Assembly: GCA_034530615.2 (NCBI GenBank)
Contig: JAVRCV020000080.1
Location: 1-64,000 of the forward strand
Origin: Aulosira sp. ZfuVER01
Lineage (GTDB): Bacteria > Cyanobacteriota > Cyanobacteriia > Cyanobacteriales > Nostocaceae
Length of the DNA: 64,000 nucleotides
Reading direction: 5' to 3'
Every line of letters starts with the position of its first letter. Positions within the stretch are counted from its first letter, which is position 1. A program made the translations under genes and the position numbers. The notes below the pieces were generated by a model, which was not told the origin of the DNA, did not search any database, and saw only the letters and a program-made list of their open reading frames with translations. This document shows positions 1 through 9,933 of this stretch, one piece after another.

Positions 1-86
1 TCCGCGCTTGGATGGCTCCTCAAGATCAGCCCCACGAACAATTTGTATTCCCTGAAGAAGTTCTACCTCGTGGTAACGCTCTGTAA
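1..86 (+). CDS. psbD: Photosystem II D2 protein, 3' end (partial). Not followed by psbC, so a monocistronic psbD2-type copy
   Basis: Frame from base 3 reads RAWMAPQDQPHEQFVFPEEVLPRGNAL*, the conserved D2 C-terminus. A terminator follows. Confidence 0.97.
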   Translation, partial: RAWMAPQDQPHEQFVFPEEVLPRGNAL

Positions 87-134
87 TAATGATGAGTTAA
101 TTTCCCTTTAGCCTTCATCATTCCCCATTTTTCA

Positions 135-165
135 AGATCCCTCGCCTTTGGGCGGGGGATTTTTC
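135..165 (+). terminator. Intrinsic terminator of psbD
   Basis: GATCCCTCGCC-tttg-GGCGGGGGATT stem followed by a T-run. Confidence 0.8.
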
Positions 166-211
166 TATGGTTTTAGTTAATTATTCAAAAGTGTTGTGCT
201 ATATTTAATAA

Positions 212-512
212 AGGTTTTGAACCCAGAGTTAAATGCTCTGCCCTTATTGAGACTAAGACCGCTTAGGCAACAAGGAGGTGATGCCCATGATAGAAAGTAG
301 TAAACGCATGGGTCATCAGGTTGCAGTTAGCCGGCTGTGTGCTGGGGCTGTTCTCTAAAGGTTAGCCTTAGTTATCTTGAAGATACTAAGTTTAACTCAA
401 GTCGCTAGGCTAAGCTAGGAGTTCCTTCCAGCAGTCTGGTTGCAATCTGAAGACCCGACTAGACCGCTCTGACTTAGATCCACCGATCTAAATCAGGGCG
501 GATAGTTTTTTA
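212..512 (+). ncRNA. Candidate structured sRNA or small-ORF mRNA (23-aa ORF at 287-358)
   Basis: Extended -10 TGcTATATT at 197-205, several nested stems, AAGGAGGTGA SD, and a strong terminal hairpin (about 464-501) plus T-run. Confidence 0.5.
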
Positions 513-615
513 TGGGTGGGTAAATCTGAACTAAGGATGATGTGTCAAAAGTAAAGCATTTATAATCTTTAAAACTAGATACTGTATAAATACATAGTGC
601 CCATCCAAAATAAAA

Positions 616-631
616 TGTAACAAATGCTACA
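616..631 (+). promoter_or_regulatory. Putative NtcA box (TGTA-N8-TACA)
   Basis: TGTAACAAATGCTACA matches GTA-N8-TAC and overlaps a TACAAT -10-like hexamer upstream of phhB. Confidence 0.55.
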
Positions 632-656
632 ATAATCATTGAAAGGATGTTGGAAT

Positions 657-938
657 ATGGCGCAGCTACTAACCAAAGCGGAAATTCAACAGCAGGTAAA
701 TATGCTGTCGGGGTGGGCAGTTGAGGGATCTAACTTAAAGACTACTCGTATCTTTAAAAATTTTATTCAAGCAATAGAGTTTGTGAATCAACTGGTGGAA
801 CCTGCTGAGTCCGCAGGACATCATCCTGATATAGAGATTTCTTATAACAAAGTCAAAATTCAATTAACCACACACGATGCTGGTGGTTTAACCCAGAAAG
901 ACTTTGATCTAGCAGGAGTAATTTCTCAAATTCATTAG
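657..938 (+). CDS. phhB: Pterin-4-alpha-carbinolamine dehydratase (PCD)
   Basis: HHPDI and LTTHDAGGLT.KD motifs; start adjusted to ATG 657. Confidence 0.92.
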   Translation: MAQLLTKAEIQQQVNMLSGWAVEGSNLKTTRIFKNFIQAIEFVNQLVEPAESAGHHPDIEISYNKVKIQLTTHDAGGLTQKDFDLAGVISQIH

Positions 939-1339
939 GAATTTCTTCGGAAAAGCTGATTAAAAAAATACAGGAGGAAGAAGACAATTAAAAATTTTTA
1001 TGCATTCTGTCCACGCAGTTCACACTGATTACCTAGGTGAATGAGGATTTAGTGATTTCTCTACCCCTACTCTCATCTGAAATATATTAGGTTAGAGGTG
1101 TGACAGTTGTTGAGCCGATCGCTCTTATGTTGCGATGTGTCTGAGATGTTTTATAATGTTATGCTATGAAGTTGTGTTTTTGCATAAGTTAATTACATCA
1201 ATTTTTAACATCCAGTTAATCAGTTATTAGCTTGGCAAAAACTAAAATTGTAGTAGTGGCAACTATGCCTCATCCAAAAGTCCCAACAAGATGTCGCATA
1301 TTTGAGAATAGGTGCAAAAAACACAATTATCTATACAAG

Positions 1340-1349
1340 GTGTGAGGAG
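1340..1349 (+). promoter_or_regulatory. Putative Yfr1 sRNA target site over the porin RBS
   Basis: GTGTGAGGAG is complementary to 10 of 11 nt of the Yfr1 conserved motif ACUCCUCACAC. Confidence 0.65.
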
Positions 1350-1359
1350 AAAAGAAACA

Positions 1360-3135
1360 ATGTCTAATATTTTGTGGAAATCCCTGGTAGTTAGTCCAGC
1401 GGTTTTGGGAGCAGCACTGTTAGTTTCGACAACAGCAATGGCAGCACCCAATGCCACAACAGAAGTATCGCCAGCAGATAAGCTAGCTACTGCTGAAGTT
1501 GCTCAAAAACCAGCAGAAATTATAGCTCAAGCAGCCCCTGCCAGCGATGACGCTAAAGTTTTAGAACAAGTTACCCGCTACAGCAAAGAGGGTAATAATA
1601 ACACTCAAGCTCAAGTAACCTCAGTTTCACAATTTTCCGATGTTCAACCAACTGACTGGGCTTTCCAAGCATTACAGTCGTTGGTTGAGCGCTACGGTTG
1701 TATCGCAGGTTATCCCAATGGCACCTATCGCGGGAACCGGGCTTTAACCCGTTACGAATTTGCCGCTGGTTTAAACGCTTGTTTAGACCGGGTTAACGAA
1801 TTGATTGCTACAGCTACCGCTGACTTAGTTACCAAACAAGATTTGGCAACTTTACAGCGCTTGCAAGAAGAATTTTCCGCAGAACTAGCAACCTTACGCG
1901 GTCGTGTTGATTCTTTAGAAGCACGTACTGCTGAATTGGAAGCTCATCAGTTCTCTACTACCACCAAACTAGTTGGGGAAGCTGTGTTTGCTGTTAGCGA
2001 TGCTTTTGGTGGCAACACTGGCGATGCTAACAATACAGTTTTTCAAGACCGAGTACGTTTAGGTTTGGAAACCAGCTTTACTGGTAGAGACAAGTTGACA
2101 ACTCGTCTGGCTGCTGGTAACGCATCAGCTTTTCAGTTTAGAGACCAAAATAATGCGATAATCCCTACCGCAGAAGGGAAACAAACCTATGAAGTTGGTA
2201 GTACTGGTAACAACGGTGTCATCATTGACAGATTGACCTACGAGGCGCCCATTGGACCAGCCCAAGTTTACATCGCAGCCAATGGTGGACGCCATAGTCA
2301 TTACGCTGCTGTTAACAATCCCTACTTCTTCGACAAAACAGACGGTGGTAACGGCGCTTTAACTACCTTTGCTTCTGAAAGTCCCATCTATCGGATTGGT
2401 GGTGGAGCTGGTATAGCGCTTAATATACCTTTTAGCAGCGGTGGCAGCATCTTCAAACCAAGTTCCATCACTTTAGGTTACTTGGCATCTGATGCAAATA
2501 GCCCTGGTGAAGATCGCGGCTTGTTCAATGGTAACTATGCTGCCTTAGGACAGTTGAACTTTGCTGTTGGCGATCGCTTGGCTTTGGCTGCTACCTACGT
2601 TCATGGTTATCATTCTCCAGGCACTTCTTTATTTGATTCCGGTGCCGGTCTTGATTCTAAGAATGGTTTGCCTGTTGGTGGTGTCGTTGGTACCCGTCAA
2701 GCCAACTATCTAGGAGACATAAACGGGAATGGATACAATAGTAACTCCTACGGTATCTCAGCAGCATTCAGACCTAGCGACAAATTGTCGATTAGTGGCT
2801 TCGTTACTTACCACGATCTGACAAGCCCAGGTGCTGGTAATGATTTTGAAGCTTGGAGCTATGGTGGTGGTGTAGCCTTACCTGACTTTGGTAAGAAAGG
2901 TAACGTATTGGGTATCTTCGCTGGTGCCCAACCCTATTCCAGAAATCGCGCTGGAGTTCCAGGTGTAGTTGGTGTTGGTGGTAATGCGCCAATTCAGGTG
3001 GAAGGTTTCTACAAATATCGCGTATCGGATAATATCTCCGTTACCCCCGGTGTTATCTGGTTGAGAGCTCCTGGTCAAAACGACGCTGAAGAAAACGCAT
3101 TCATCGGTACACTCAGAACCACATTTACCTTCTAG
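1360..3135 (+). CDS. Cyanobacterial outer-membrane porin (SLH + OprB beta-barrel; SomA/iron-uptake porin family)
   Basis: Signal peptide, FSDVQPTDWAFQAL...GYPNGTYRG SLH motif, coiled coil, C-terminal TLRTTFTF; start adjusted to ATG 1360 after GAGGAG. Confidence 0.95.
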   Translation: MSNILWKSLVVSPAVLGAALLVSTTAMAAPNATTEVSPADKLATAEVAQKPAEIIAQAAPASDDAKVLEQVTRYSKEGNNNTQAQVTSVSQFSDVQPTDWAFQALQSLVERYGCIAGYPNGTYRGNRALTRYEFAAGLNACLDRVNELIATATADLVTKQDLATLQRLQEEFSAELATLRGRVDSLEARTAELEAHQFSTTTKLVGEAVFAVSDAFGGNTGDANNTVFQDRVRLGLETSFTGRDKLTTRLAAGNASAFQFRDQNNAIIPTAEGKQTYEVGSTGNNGVIIDRLTYEAPIGPAQVYIAANGGRHSHYAAVNNPYFFDKTDGGNGALTTFASESPIYRIGGGAGIALNIPFSSGGSIFKPSSITLGYLASDANSPGEDRGLFNGNYAALGQLNFAVGDRLALAATYVHGYHSPGTSLFDSGAGLDSKNGLPVGGVVGTRQANYLGDINGNGYNSNSYGISAAFRPSDKLSISGFVTYHDLTSPGAGNDFEAWSYGGGVALPDFGKKGNVLGIFAGAQPYSRNRAGVPGVVGVGGNAPIQVEGFYKYRVSDNISVTPGVIWLRAPGQNDAEENAFIGTLRTTFTF

Positions 3136-3190
3136 AATCTAGAGCCTTGCTCAAGTTTCGCTAAGTGTACATAAAAATTTGAACTCTAAT

Positions 3191-3221
3191 AAGCCCCGCT
3201 TCATGGCGGGGTTTTTATTTT
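3191..3221 (+). terminator. Intrinsic terminator of the porin gene
   Basis: AAGCCCCGC-ttcatg-GCGGGGTTT followed by Ts. Confidence 0.85.
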
Positions 3222-3330
3222 AAGTAGTAGACCATAAACCCTAGTGAGGAACCGGAGTATACTAGAAGAAGTATGAAGTATAAATAATCTTGATCCTTCA
3301 TGCTTGATCCTTCATTCTTGATTGCTGCCT

Positions 3331-3768
3331 GTGGAAATATCGTGTAAGTCTGAATATGGAATTTTGGCCTTATTAGAGATGGCAACTAATTATCAAAGCA
3401 GTGAACCGATGCAAATTCGGCAAATTGCTGCACAACAAAACATACCCGATCGCTATCTGGAACAGCTACTAGCAACCTTAAGACGTGGGGGTATAATTAA
3501 GAGTCAACGAGGGTCTAAAGGTGGCTATCTATTGGCGCGAGAACCCAAGAAAATTACTATCTTCGAGATATTGGAATGCTTGGAAGGGTTAGATGTACAG
3601 ACTAGTCAAGCAGACATGAATCGCAGAACTGTAGATAGTGGTGTTATAGCAGAAATCTGGCAAGAAGCTTGTCAGGCAGCAAACTCTGTGTTCCAAAATT
3701 ATTCGCTTCAGGATCTTTGCGACAAAAGAGATTCTCGGCGGCAATTGGATATTATGTACTACATTTAA
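3331..3768 (+). CDS. Rrf2-family transcriptional regulator (CymR-like, upstream of cysK)
   Basis: IPDRYLEQLLATLRRGGII.SQRG.KGGY motif, ends MYYI; probable GTG start 3331. Confidence 0.9.
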   Translation: MEISCKSEYGILALLEMATNYQSSEPMQIRQIAAQQNIPDRYLEQLLATLRRGGIIKSQRGSKGGYLLAREPKKITIFEILECLEGLDVQTSQADMNRRTVDSGVIAEIWQEACQAANSVFQNYSLQDLCDKRDSRRQLDIMYYI

Positions 3769-3769
3769 T

Positions 3770-3858
3770 CAAAAGTCCAAAGTCCATAGTCAAATCCCCA
3801 AAGTCAAATGATGAATAACCCTTGACTTTTGGCTATTGACTCTTAACCATTGACTCAT
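3770..3858. repeat. STRR-type heptamer repeats in two inverted blocks
   Basis: aaagtcc/atagtca units facing ttgactt/ttgactc units. Similar arrays at about 5550-5610, 25768-25803, 27024-27082, 39295-39380, 41641-41680 and 46463-46535. Confidence 0.7.
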
Positions 3859-3881
3859 AATTAAATAACTAAGGAATAATT

Positions 3882-4844
3882 ATGCGAATTGCTAGTAACA
3901 TTACAGAACTCGTTGGACGTACACCCTTAGTCAAACTGAACCGCATTCCTCAAACAGAAGGTTGTGTGGCTCAGATTGTGGTGAAATTGGAAAGTATGAA
4001 CCCATCTGCATCTGTTAAAGATCGCATAGGGGTGAGTATGATTAGTGCTGCCGAGAAAGAAGGGCTGATTACTCCGCAAAAAACAGTATTAGTGGAACCG
4101 ACTTCAGGTAATACTGGAATTGCGCTAGCAATGGCAGCAGCAGCTAAGGGTTATCGGTTAATTTTAACAATGCCCGAAACTATGAGTGGGGAAAGACGGG
4201 CAATGTTGCGGGCCTATGGAGCTGAACTGGAACTCACACCAGGAATTGAAGGCATGAGTGGGGCAATTCGACGGGCACAGGAGATAGTGAACAGGACACC
4301 CCATGCCTATATGTTGCAGCAGTTTCGCAATCCCGCAAATGCTAAAATACATCGAGAAACTACCGCCGAAGAAATCTGGGACGATACCGATGGTCAGGTA
4401 GATATGATTGTGGCAGGAGTCGGAACTGGTGGTACGATTACTGGTGTAGCAGAAGTAATTAAAGCACGCAAGCCAAGCTTTCAAGCGATCGCGGTTGAAC
4501 CAAGTAATAGCCCAGTATTATCTGGAGGAAAACCAGGAGCACATAAAATTCAGGGAATTGGTGCTGGTTTTATTCCCCAAGTACTGAAGCTAGACTTGAT
4601 CGATGAAGTAATTGCTATCACCGATGAAGAAGCGATCGCCTATGGTAGGCGTTTAGCCAGAGAAGAAGGGCTACTATCTGGTATTTCCAGTGGTGCAGCT
4701 TTATGTGCCGCAATTCGTGTTGCCCAACGTCCAGAAAACGAAGGGCGTTTAATTGTCGTAATTCAGCCAAGTTTTGGAGAAAGGTATTTAACTACACCCT
4801 TATTTCAAGACCTGGAGGACAAAGTAGCAGCTAGCATCAGCTAG
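3882..4844 (+). CDS. cysK: Cysteine synthase A
   Basis: SVKDRIG PLP lysine, [15 protein letters not shown] and HKIQGIG motifs. Confidence 0.97.
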   Translation: MRIASNITELVGRTPLVKLNRIPQTEGCVAQIVVKLESMNPSASVKDRIGVSMISAAEKEGLITPQKTVLVEPTSGNTGIALAMAAAAKGYRLILTMPETMSGERRAMLRAYGAELELTPGIEGMSGAIRRAQEIVNRTPHAYMLQQFRNPANAKIHRETTAEEIWDDTDGQVDMIVAGVGTGGTITGVAEVIKARKPSFQAIAVEPSNSPVLSGGKPGAHKIQGIGAGFIPQVLKLDLIDEVIAITDEEAIAYGRRLAREEGLLSGISSGAALCAAIRVAQRPENEGRLIVVIQPSFGERYLTTPLFQDLEDKVAASIS

Positions 4845-4860
4845 CTATAAATTTGGATTA

Positions 4861-5547
4861 ATGGTCGATTACAACCACTACGAAATTCTCAAAGTTAATC
4901 CCAATGCCAGCCAGGCGGAGATTAAGCAAGCTTATCGCCGCCAGGTGAAATTATTTCATCCTGACAGTAATCAAGAAACAGCAGATAAAGAGCAAATTAT
5001 CCGCATTAACGCGGCTTATGAAGTTTTAAGCGACAGCCAAACTCGCTTAAATTACGACCAACAACTTAAGAATACTTCCCAGAAATTAAATAGCCGACAA
5101 CAGCGTACAGCATCAGCTCAAAGGCATTACCAAGCAACACGCAAAACCGGAAAAGATGCTGACGAACTAGTTGAGGAATGGCTGCGCCTAGTTTATCAAC
5201 CAGTCAATCGTTTATTGGCGGGTATTCTCAATTCCTTAGAAGAACAAATCGAAATACTAGCCGCAGATCCTTTTGATGATGACTTGTTAGAAGAATTTCA
5301 AGATTACCTGCTGGCCTGTAAAGATGATCTAAAACAGGCGCAAATAGCTTTTCGTTCCCTACCAAATCCGCCCAGCCTAGCCAGAACAGCTGCTCATCTC
5401 TACTACAGCCTTAATCAAGTAGCCGATGGATTGGAAGAGTTAGCATATTTTCCTTTAAACTACGACGAGCATTATTTACATACAGGTCAAGAACTCTTCC
5501 GCATCGCCACAAGATTACACTACGAAGCGCAAGCATCTGTGAAATAG
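4861..5547 (+). CDS. J-domain (type III DnaJ) protein
   Basis: N-terminal J domain with HPD motif. Confidence 0.9.
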   Translation: MVDYNHYEILKVNPNASQAEIKQAYRRQVKLFHPDSNQETADKEQIIRINAAYEVLSDSQTRLNYDQQLKNTSQKLNSRQQRTASAQRHYQATRKTGKDADELVEEWLRLVYQPVNRLLAGILNSLEEQIEILAADPFDDDLLEEFQDYLLACKDDLKQAQIAFRSLPNPPSLARTAAHLYYSLNQVADGLEELAYFPLNYDEHYLHTGQELFRIATRLHYEAQASVK

Positions 5548-5689
5548 TTATTAGTCCAAAGTCAAGAGTCAAGGTTAATTACTCTTGACTCTTGACTTTG
5601 GACTGTTGACTCCGCGAAGCGGCTGAAATTAGTTTATGCTGGAAATAGTGAAAAGTTAAGAAATTTTAAATTTTGCTCCCAGTGTACTC

Positions 5690-6562
5690 ATGCAATGCAT
5701 TGTAAATCGCCGCGCTCAGTTTTCGGCTAGTCATCGCTATTGGTTGCCAGAACTGAGTGAAGCTGAGAATCTTGAGAAATTTGGTGCTTGCTCAAAATTT
5801 CCTGGGCACGGGCATAACTATGTCTTATTTATTTCCTTGATTGGGGAATTAGATGAATATGGCATGGTTTTGAACTTGTCTGATGTGAAACACGTAATCA
5901 AGGGAGAAGTTACCAGCCAACTGGACTTTTCTTATCTCAATGATGTGTGGGCAGAATTTCAACAAACTCTGCCCACCACTGAGAACATTGCACGGGTGAT
6001 TTGGCAGCGGTTAGCACCGCACTTGCCTTTAGTCCGCGTGCAGTTATTTGAACATCCTGAACTTTGGGCAGATTATATGGGAAACTCAATGGAAGCCTAC
6101 CTCACCATTAGCACTCACTTTAGCGCCGCCCATCGGCTGGCTCACCCGAACCTGAGTCATGAAGAAAATGCGGAGATTTACGGCAAGTGTGCCCGTACCA
6201 ACGGACACGGACACAACTATCATTTAGAAGTTACCGTCAAAGGGGAAATCGATCAGCGCACGGGCATGATTGTCGATTTAGGCGCGTTGAATCAGGTAAT
6301 TGAAGATTATGTAGTAGAACCATTCGATCACACATTTTTAAATAAAGATATTCCTTACTTTGCTGAAGTCGTTCCTACCGCTGAGAATATCGCACTTTAC
6401 ATTAGTAATTTACTGCGATCGCCTGTGCAACAATTGGGAGCCAAGCTGCACAAAGTTAAACTTATCGAAAGCCCGAATAACTCTTGCGAAATCTACTGTA
6501 CTGATTCGGAATCAAATTCAGTCAGTGCAACAGCAAATCAACCCATATTAGCGCGGGTTTAA
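5690..6562 (+). CDS. queD: 6-carboxytetrahydropterin synthase / PTPS with tandem domains
   Basis: Two copies of FSA.HR...C...GHGHNY...PT.ENIA. Confidence 0.88.
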   Translation: MQCIVNRRAQFSASHRYWLPELSEAENLEKFGACSKFPGHGHNYVLFISLIGELDEYGMVLNLSDVKHVIKGEVTSQLDFSYLNDVWAEFQQTLPTTENIARVIWQRLAPHLPLVRVQLFEHPELWADYMGNSMEAYLTISTHFSAAHRLAHPNLSHEENAEIYGKCARTNGHGHNYHLEVTVKGEIDQRTGMIVDLGALNQVIEDYVVEPFDHTFLNKDIPYFAEVVPTAENIALYISNLLRSPVQQLGAKLHKVKLIESPNNSCEIYCTDSESNSVSATANQPILARV

Positions 6563-6822
6563 TTAATTGAGGAATTGGTAATTGGTAAGAAATTTTTCCT
6601 TTTACCCATTACCAATGACAAAATTTTCCCCAGAAGCTAAAACAATTTACTTACTTACTAAGCAGTGGAACCCTGGTAGCAAATCGTAAGTTATTACCCG
6701 GACATAATATAAATGGATCTCTAATGCTGCTTAAAACATTAGGGTAAATAATCAAAAGCGGGGAAGCAGATTAAAAAAACTCCCCCACCATTAAATGAAT
6801 GATTTTGATGCCGCCTGCTTAC

Positions 6823-9420
6823 TTACGATGCAGTACTGCTAGATTTAGCCTCCAAATTTTCTAAGCGACTTCTCAATTCCTGATTTTGCTGCTTAAGTTG
6901 GTCGAGTTCCTCACGCAAATTCCGCAGCGCATTTTCTGTGCCAATATTCTTTTGCACTTTCGTAATCTCTTCATCAGCATAGCGACGTACACGCCCATCT
7001 GGAGTTTGATCGGCTAGCGATCGCAAAATTCCAATGGCTTTGGGTGTCTCCATTTGTCCTAATGCGGTCACTACTGCTACTTGGGTTAAGAAGAAAGTTT
7101 CTTTGGCTAGTTCTGCTAATCTTTCTAAAATCCGTTCTAAATTGACTGGACTTTGACCTACAGAAATTTTACCTAAAGCGCGGATTGTCGCTAGGCGTAA
7201 GGCTTGGGGTACGCCGAGTTTGGTGTATTCCAGCAACAAGTTTAAAGCTGCTTCTGAGGTTTTGAGTTCAGCTAATCCGGCGATCGCACCACTGCGGACT
7301 ACTTCATTCCAACCAGCCCTTTCTTCTAAAACAGATTTCAGCAGTTTGAGTACTTTTTCTTCTCTGGGTTTTTCGTCCAAATTAGCTGATGCGATCGCGC
7401 CTATCGCACGGCAAGCAGCTGATTCTACATAGTAGCTAGAGTCGCCATCTTGCACCAATCCTTTTACAGCCTTATAGCTTTCAGTAGTCTTGATGTTAGC
7501 AAGTGCATCGACAACAGCACGACGCACATAAGGACTTTTATCTTGCAAACCAATAACTAACCCATCAAAAGCCTGATCTAATTTTATTTCTGCTAGTTGT
7601 TTAGCGACTTCGACACGCACACCCCAAAATGGGTCATTTATTAAGGATGCAGATAAGGCTTTTGTTGCTTCTAAACTACCTTTTTTCGCTAAAGCTTCAG
7701 CTGCATAAATTCGGGAGAGAGGATCGGGTTCAAATTCTAACTGTGCTCTTAACTCGGGAATTGGGTATTCCAAAGTTACAGTTTTCAGATAATTATTCCC
7801 GATATCAAAACTGATAAATTGCGGCTTAGTTTCTAGGGGAAAATAGAAACTTTGTTCCTGTTGATTTACCCTGACTGTAAAAGTTTTGATTTGGGGAAAT
7901 GCTCCTGATTGGGCATAACCAAAGCCAATAGGAATTTTTAAATCAAATAACTCTTTATTGTCATTATTCTTGACTTGGGTTTGAGTTACTGTGACTTTAG
8001 CTAAATTTGCATCTCCATCCCAAGCGTAAGCGACTTTAAAATTAGGATGACCACCACGATAAACGTACTGGTCGAAAAGGAAGGTAAGATTCCGTCCAGT
8101 TGCTTTTTCAATTGCCCTTAATAAATCTACTGTTTCTACAGTCTTGTGGGCATTATCTTGAACAAATGTGTGAATTGCTTGCCAAAACAATTCTTCTCCT
8201 AATTCCGCCCGAATCATGTGATAGACACAAGACCCTTTTTCATAAATGTGGCGATCGTAAAGTTCAATTGCTTCTCGGTAAACGTGAGTTACCATCGGAC
8301 GGCGGTAACGTCCGCTATCTTCACTAAAGTAACTCCGCGCTTCTAATAATCGATAGTATGCTGCTTCTTGGCTACTATATTCATGTTCTGTCCACATGAC
8401 TTCCGAATAAGAAGCCATACCTTCTTTAATCCAAGCATGAGACCAATGTTTAATCACCACCAAATCGCCAAACCATTGGTGTGCTAATTCGTGAACAACT
8501 AAACTTTCGGTGTTGCGATTATCTAGAGCAGCGCGTTCATCTATTAAACAGCGATCGGTTAATAGCGTTGTCGAAGTATTTTCCATCCCACCGAAAATGA
8601 AGTCATCAACGCAAACCTGGGCATATTTGGGATAAGCGTATGTATAACCATACTTTTCACTTAAAAACTCGATCATACGGGGAGTTTTACCCATGCTGCG
8701 TTTAGCATCTGCTTCTCTACCCTTTTCTACATAATAGGTAACAGGTTTACCTTGCCATTCATCACGAATTTCGGCAAAGTCGCCAATCGCCAAAGTCATT
8801 AAGTAGGTAGGATGAATTTCTTGCTGTGACCAATGGTAGATTTTATATTTACCATCTTCCTGGGTATCAATCAGTTCGCCGTTGGAAATCGCCACCAAGG
8901 GTTTGGGAACACGGACACGAATCTCGGAAGTAGAGAGTTGTCCGGGATAGTCGAAGCAGGGAAACCAGAAGCGGGAGTCTTCGTCTTCTCCCTGTGTCCA
9001 GACTTGGGTAGGCTTGTTGGGATAATGTTTGTCTGGTTGAATAAAGTAGATACCGCGTTGGGGTTTTTCTACAGAGTAGGCGATCGCAATTAATAACCGC
9101 TTACCCACCTGAGTGGGACTAGAAAGTTTAATAAATAGCTGCTCGCCATCATAATCAAACTTTTGCTCTACTTCATCCACCTGTACAGATTTAATATTCA
9201 GGTTGACAGCATCCAACGTCAAACTGTCAATCCCATTACGAACTGGTAAAAGGCGAATATTGCAATTACCAGAGTAGCTTTGATTAGGAATATCTAAGCC
9301 CAGATCTAAAAAAATATGTTCTACCTGTCCGGGGCGATCGGGGTTGTAATGTGGTTTTGCCCCTGGTAGCTCAAAAGATTTGTGACCGTTATTTTCTGTA
9401 TCAAAATAAAAATGAGACAT
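6823..9420 (-). CDS. pepN: M1-family aminopeptidase with C-terminal HEAT repeats
   Basis: GGMEN and HELAHQW...E zinc motifs, HEAT-like repeats, coiled-coil tail. Confidence 0.92.
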   Translation of the reverse strand: MSHFYFDTENNGHKSFELPGAKPHYNPDRPGQVEHIFLDLGLDIPNQSYSGNCNIRLLPVRNGIDSLTLDAVNLNIKSVQVDEVEQKFDYDGEQLFIKLSSPTQVGKRLLIAIAYSVEKPQRGIYFIQPDKHYPNKPTQVWTQGEDEDSRFWFPCFDYPGQLSTSEIRVRVPKPLVAISNGELIDTQEDGKYKIYHWSQQEIHPTYLMTLAIGDFAEIRDEWQGKPVTYYVEKGREADAKRSMGKTPRMIEFLSEKYGYTYAYPKYAQVCVDDFIFGGMENTSTTLLTDRCLIDERAALDNRNTESLVVHELAHQWFGDLVVIKHWSHAWIKEGMASYSEVMWTEHEYSSQEAAYYRLLEARSYFSEDSGRYRRPMVTHVYREAIELYDRHIYEKGSCVYHMIRAELGEELFWQAIHTFVQDNAHKTVETVDLLRAIEKATGRNLTFLFDQYVYRGGHPNFKVAYAWDGDANLAKVTVTQTQVKNNDNKELFDLKIPIGFGYAQSGAFPQIKTFTVRVNQQEQSFYFPLETKPQFISFDIGNNYLKTVTLEYPIPELRAQLEFEPDPLSRIYAAEALAKKGSLEATKALSASLINDPFWGVRVEVAKQLAEIKLDQAFDGLVIGLQDKSPYVRRAVVDALANIKTTESYKAVKGLVQDGDSSYYVESAACRAIGAIASANLDEKPREEKVLKLLKSVLEERAGWNEVVRSGAIAGLAELKTSEAALNLLLEYTKLGVPQALRLATIRALGKISVGQSPVNLERILERLAELAKETFFLTQVAVVTALGQMETPKAIGILRSLADQTPDGRVRRYADEEITKVQKNIGTENALRNLREELDQLKQQNQELRSRLENLEAKSSSTAS

Positions 9421-9580
9421 TGATGCGTACTAACCTTATATCTTGATTAAGTCTGGTTGAATGTAGTGGAGAAAAATCGTGCGATGGGCATCTTGCCCAA
9501 ATCAAGTCAGTAGTCTAGAAGAATTCCCTGCTGGGGTTTGAAGATTAAAATCAATCTTTCCTCATTGCTCTCCCCGATCT

Positions 9581-9726
9581 GCTTTCCCTGATGTAAGCTG
9601 ATAGCTTGCACTCTGATTGGTATCAGAGCGAGAGTCCTTCTCGATAGATGCTAGTTGAGTACAAATACTCTCAAGTATTTTTATAGCTTAGGATAGCCTG
9701 CTACTATTTAGCAGCGTATTTTTTTA
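9581..9726 (+). ncRNA. Candidate multi-hairpin sRNA
   Basis: Back-to-back hairpins 9592-9610, 9611-9628, 9629-9643, 9657-9670 and a terminator-like hairpin 9698-9714 plus T-run. Confidence 0.4.
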
Positions 9727-9933
9727 AGTTAAACAATAAACTATTTACGGATTTGCTTCTCATTCTCTTGTAGTAATTCTAGAAGTAGTTTAAAACTATT
9801 GGTGTATAGTAATACTAATTTTATCAGTGAATACCGATAGGTTGGGAAAACTTATAAATAATTCCGAAAACTCTACAATGACGTTTTTACGTACCCCCAT
9901 AACAATTGGCACAAGAGAGGATAGATAACCATA

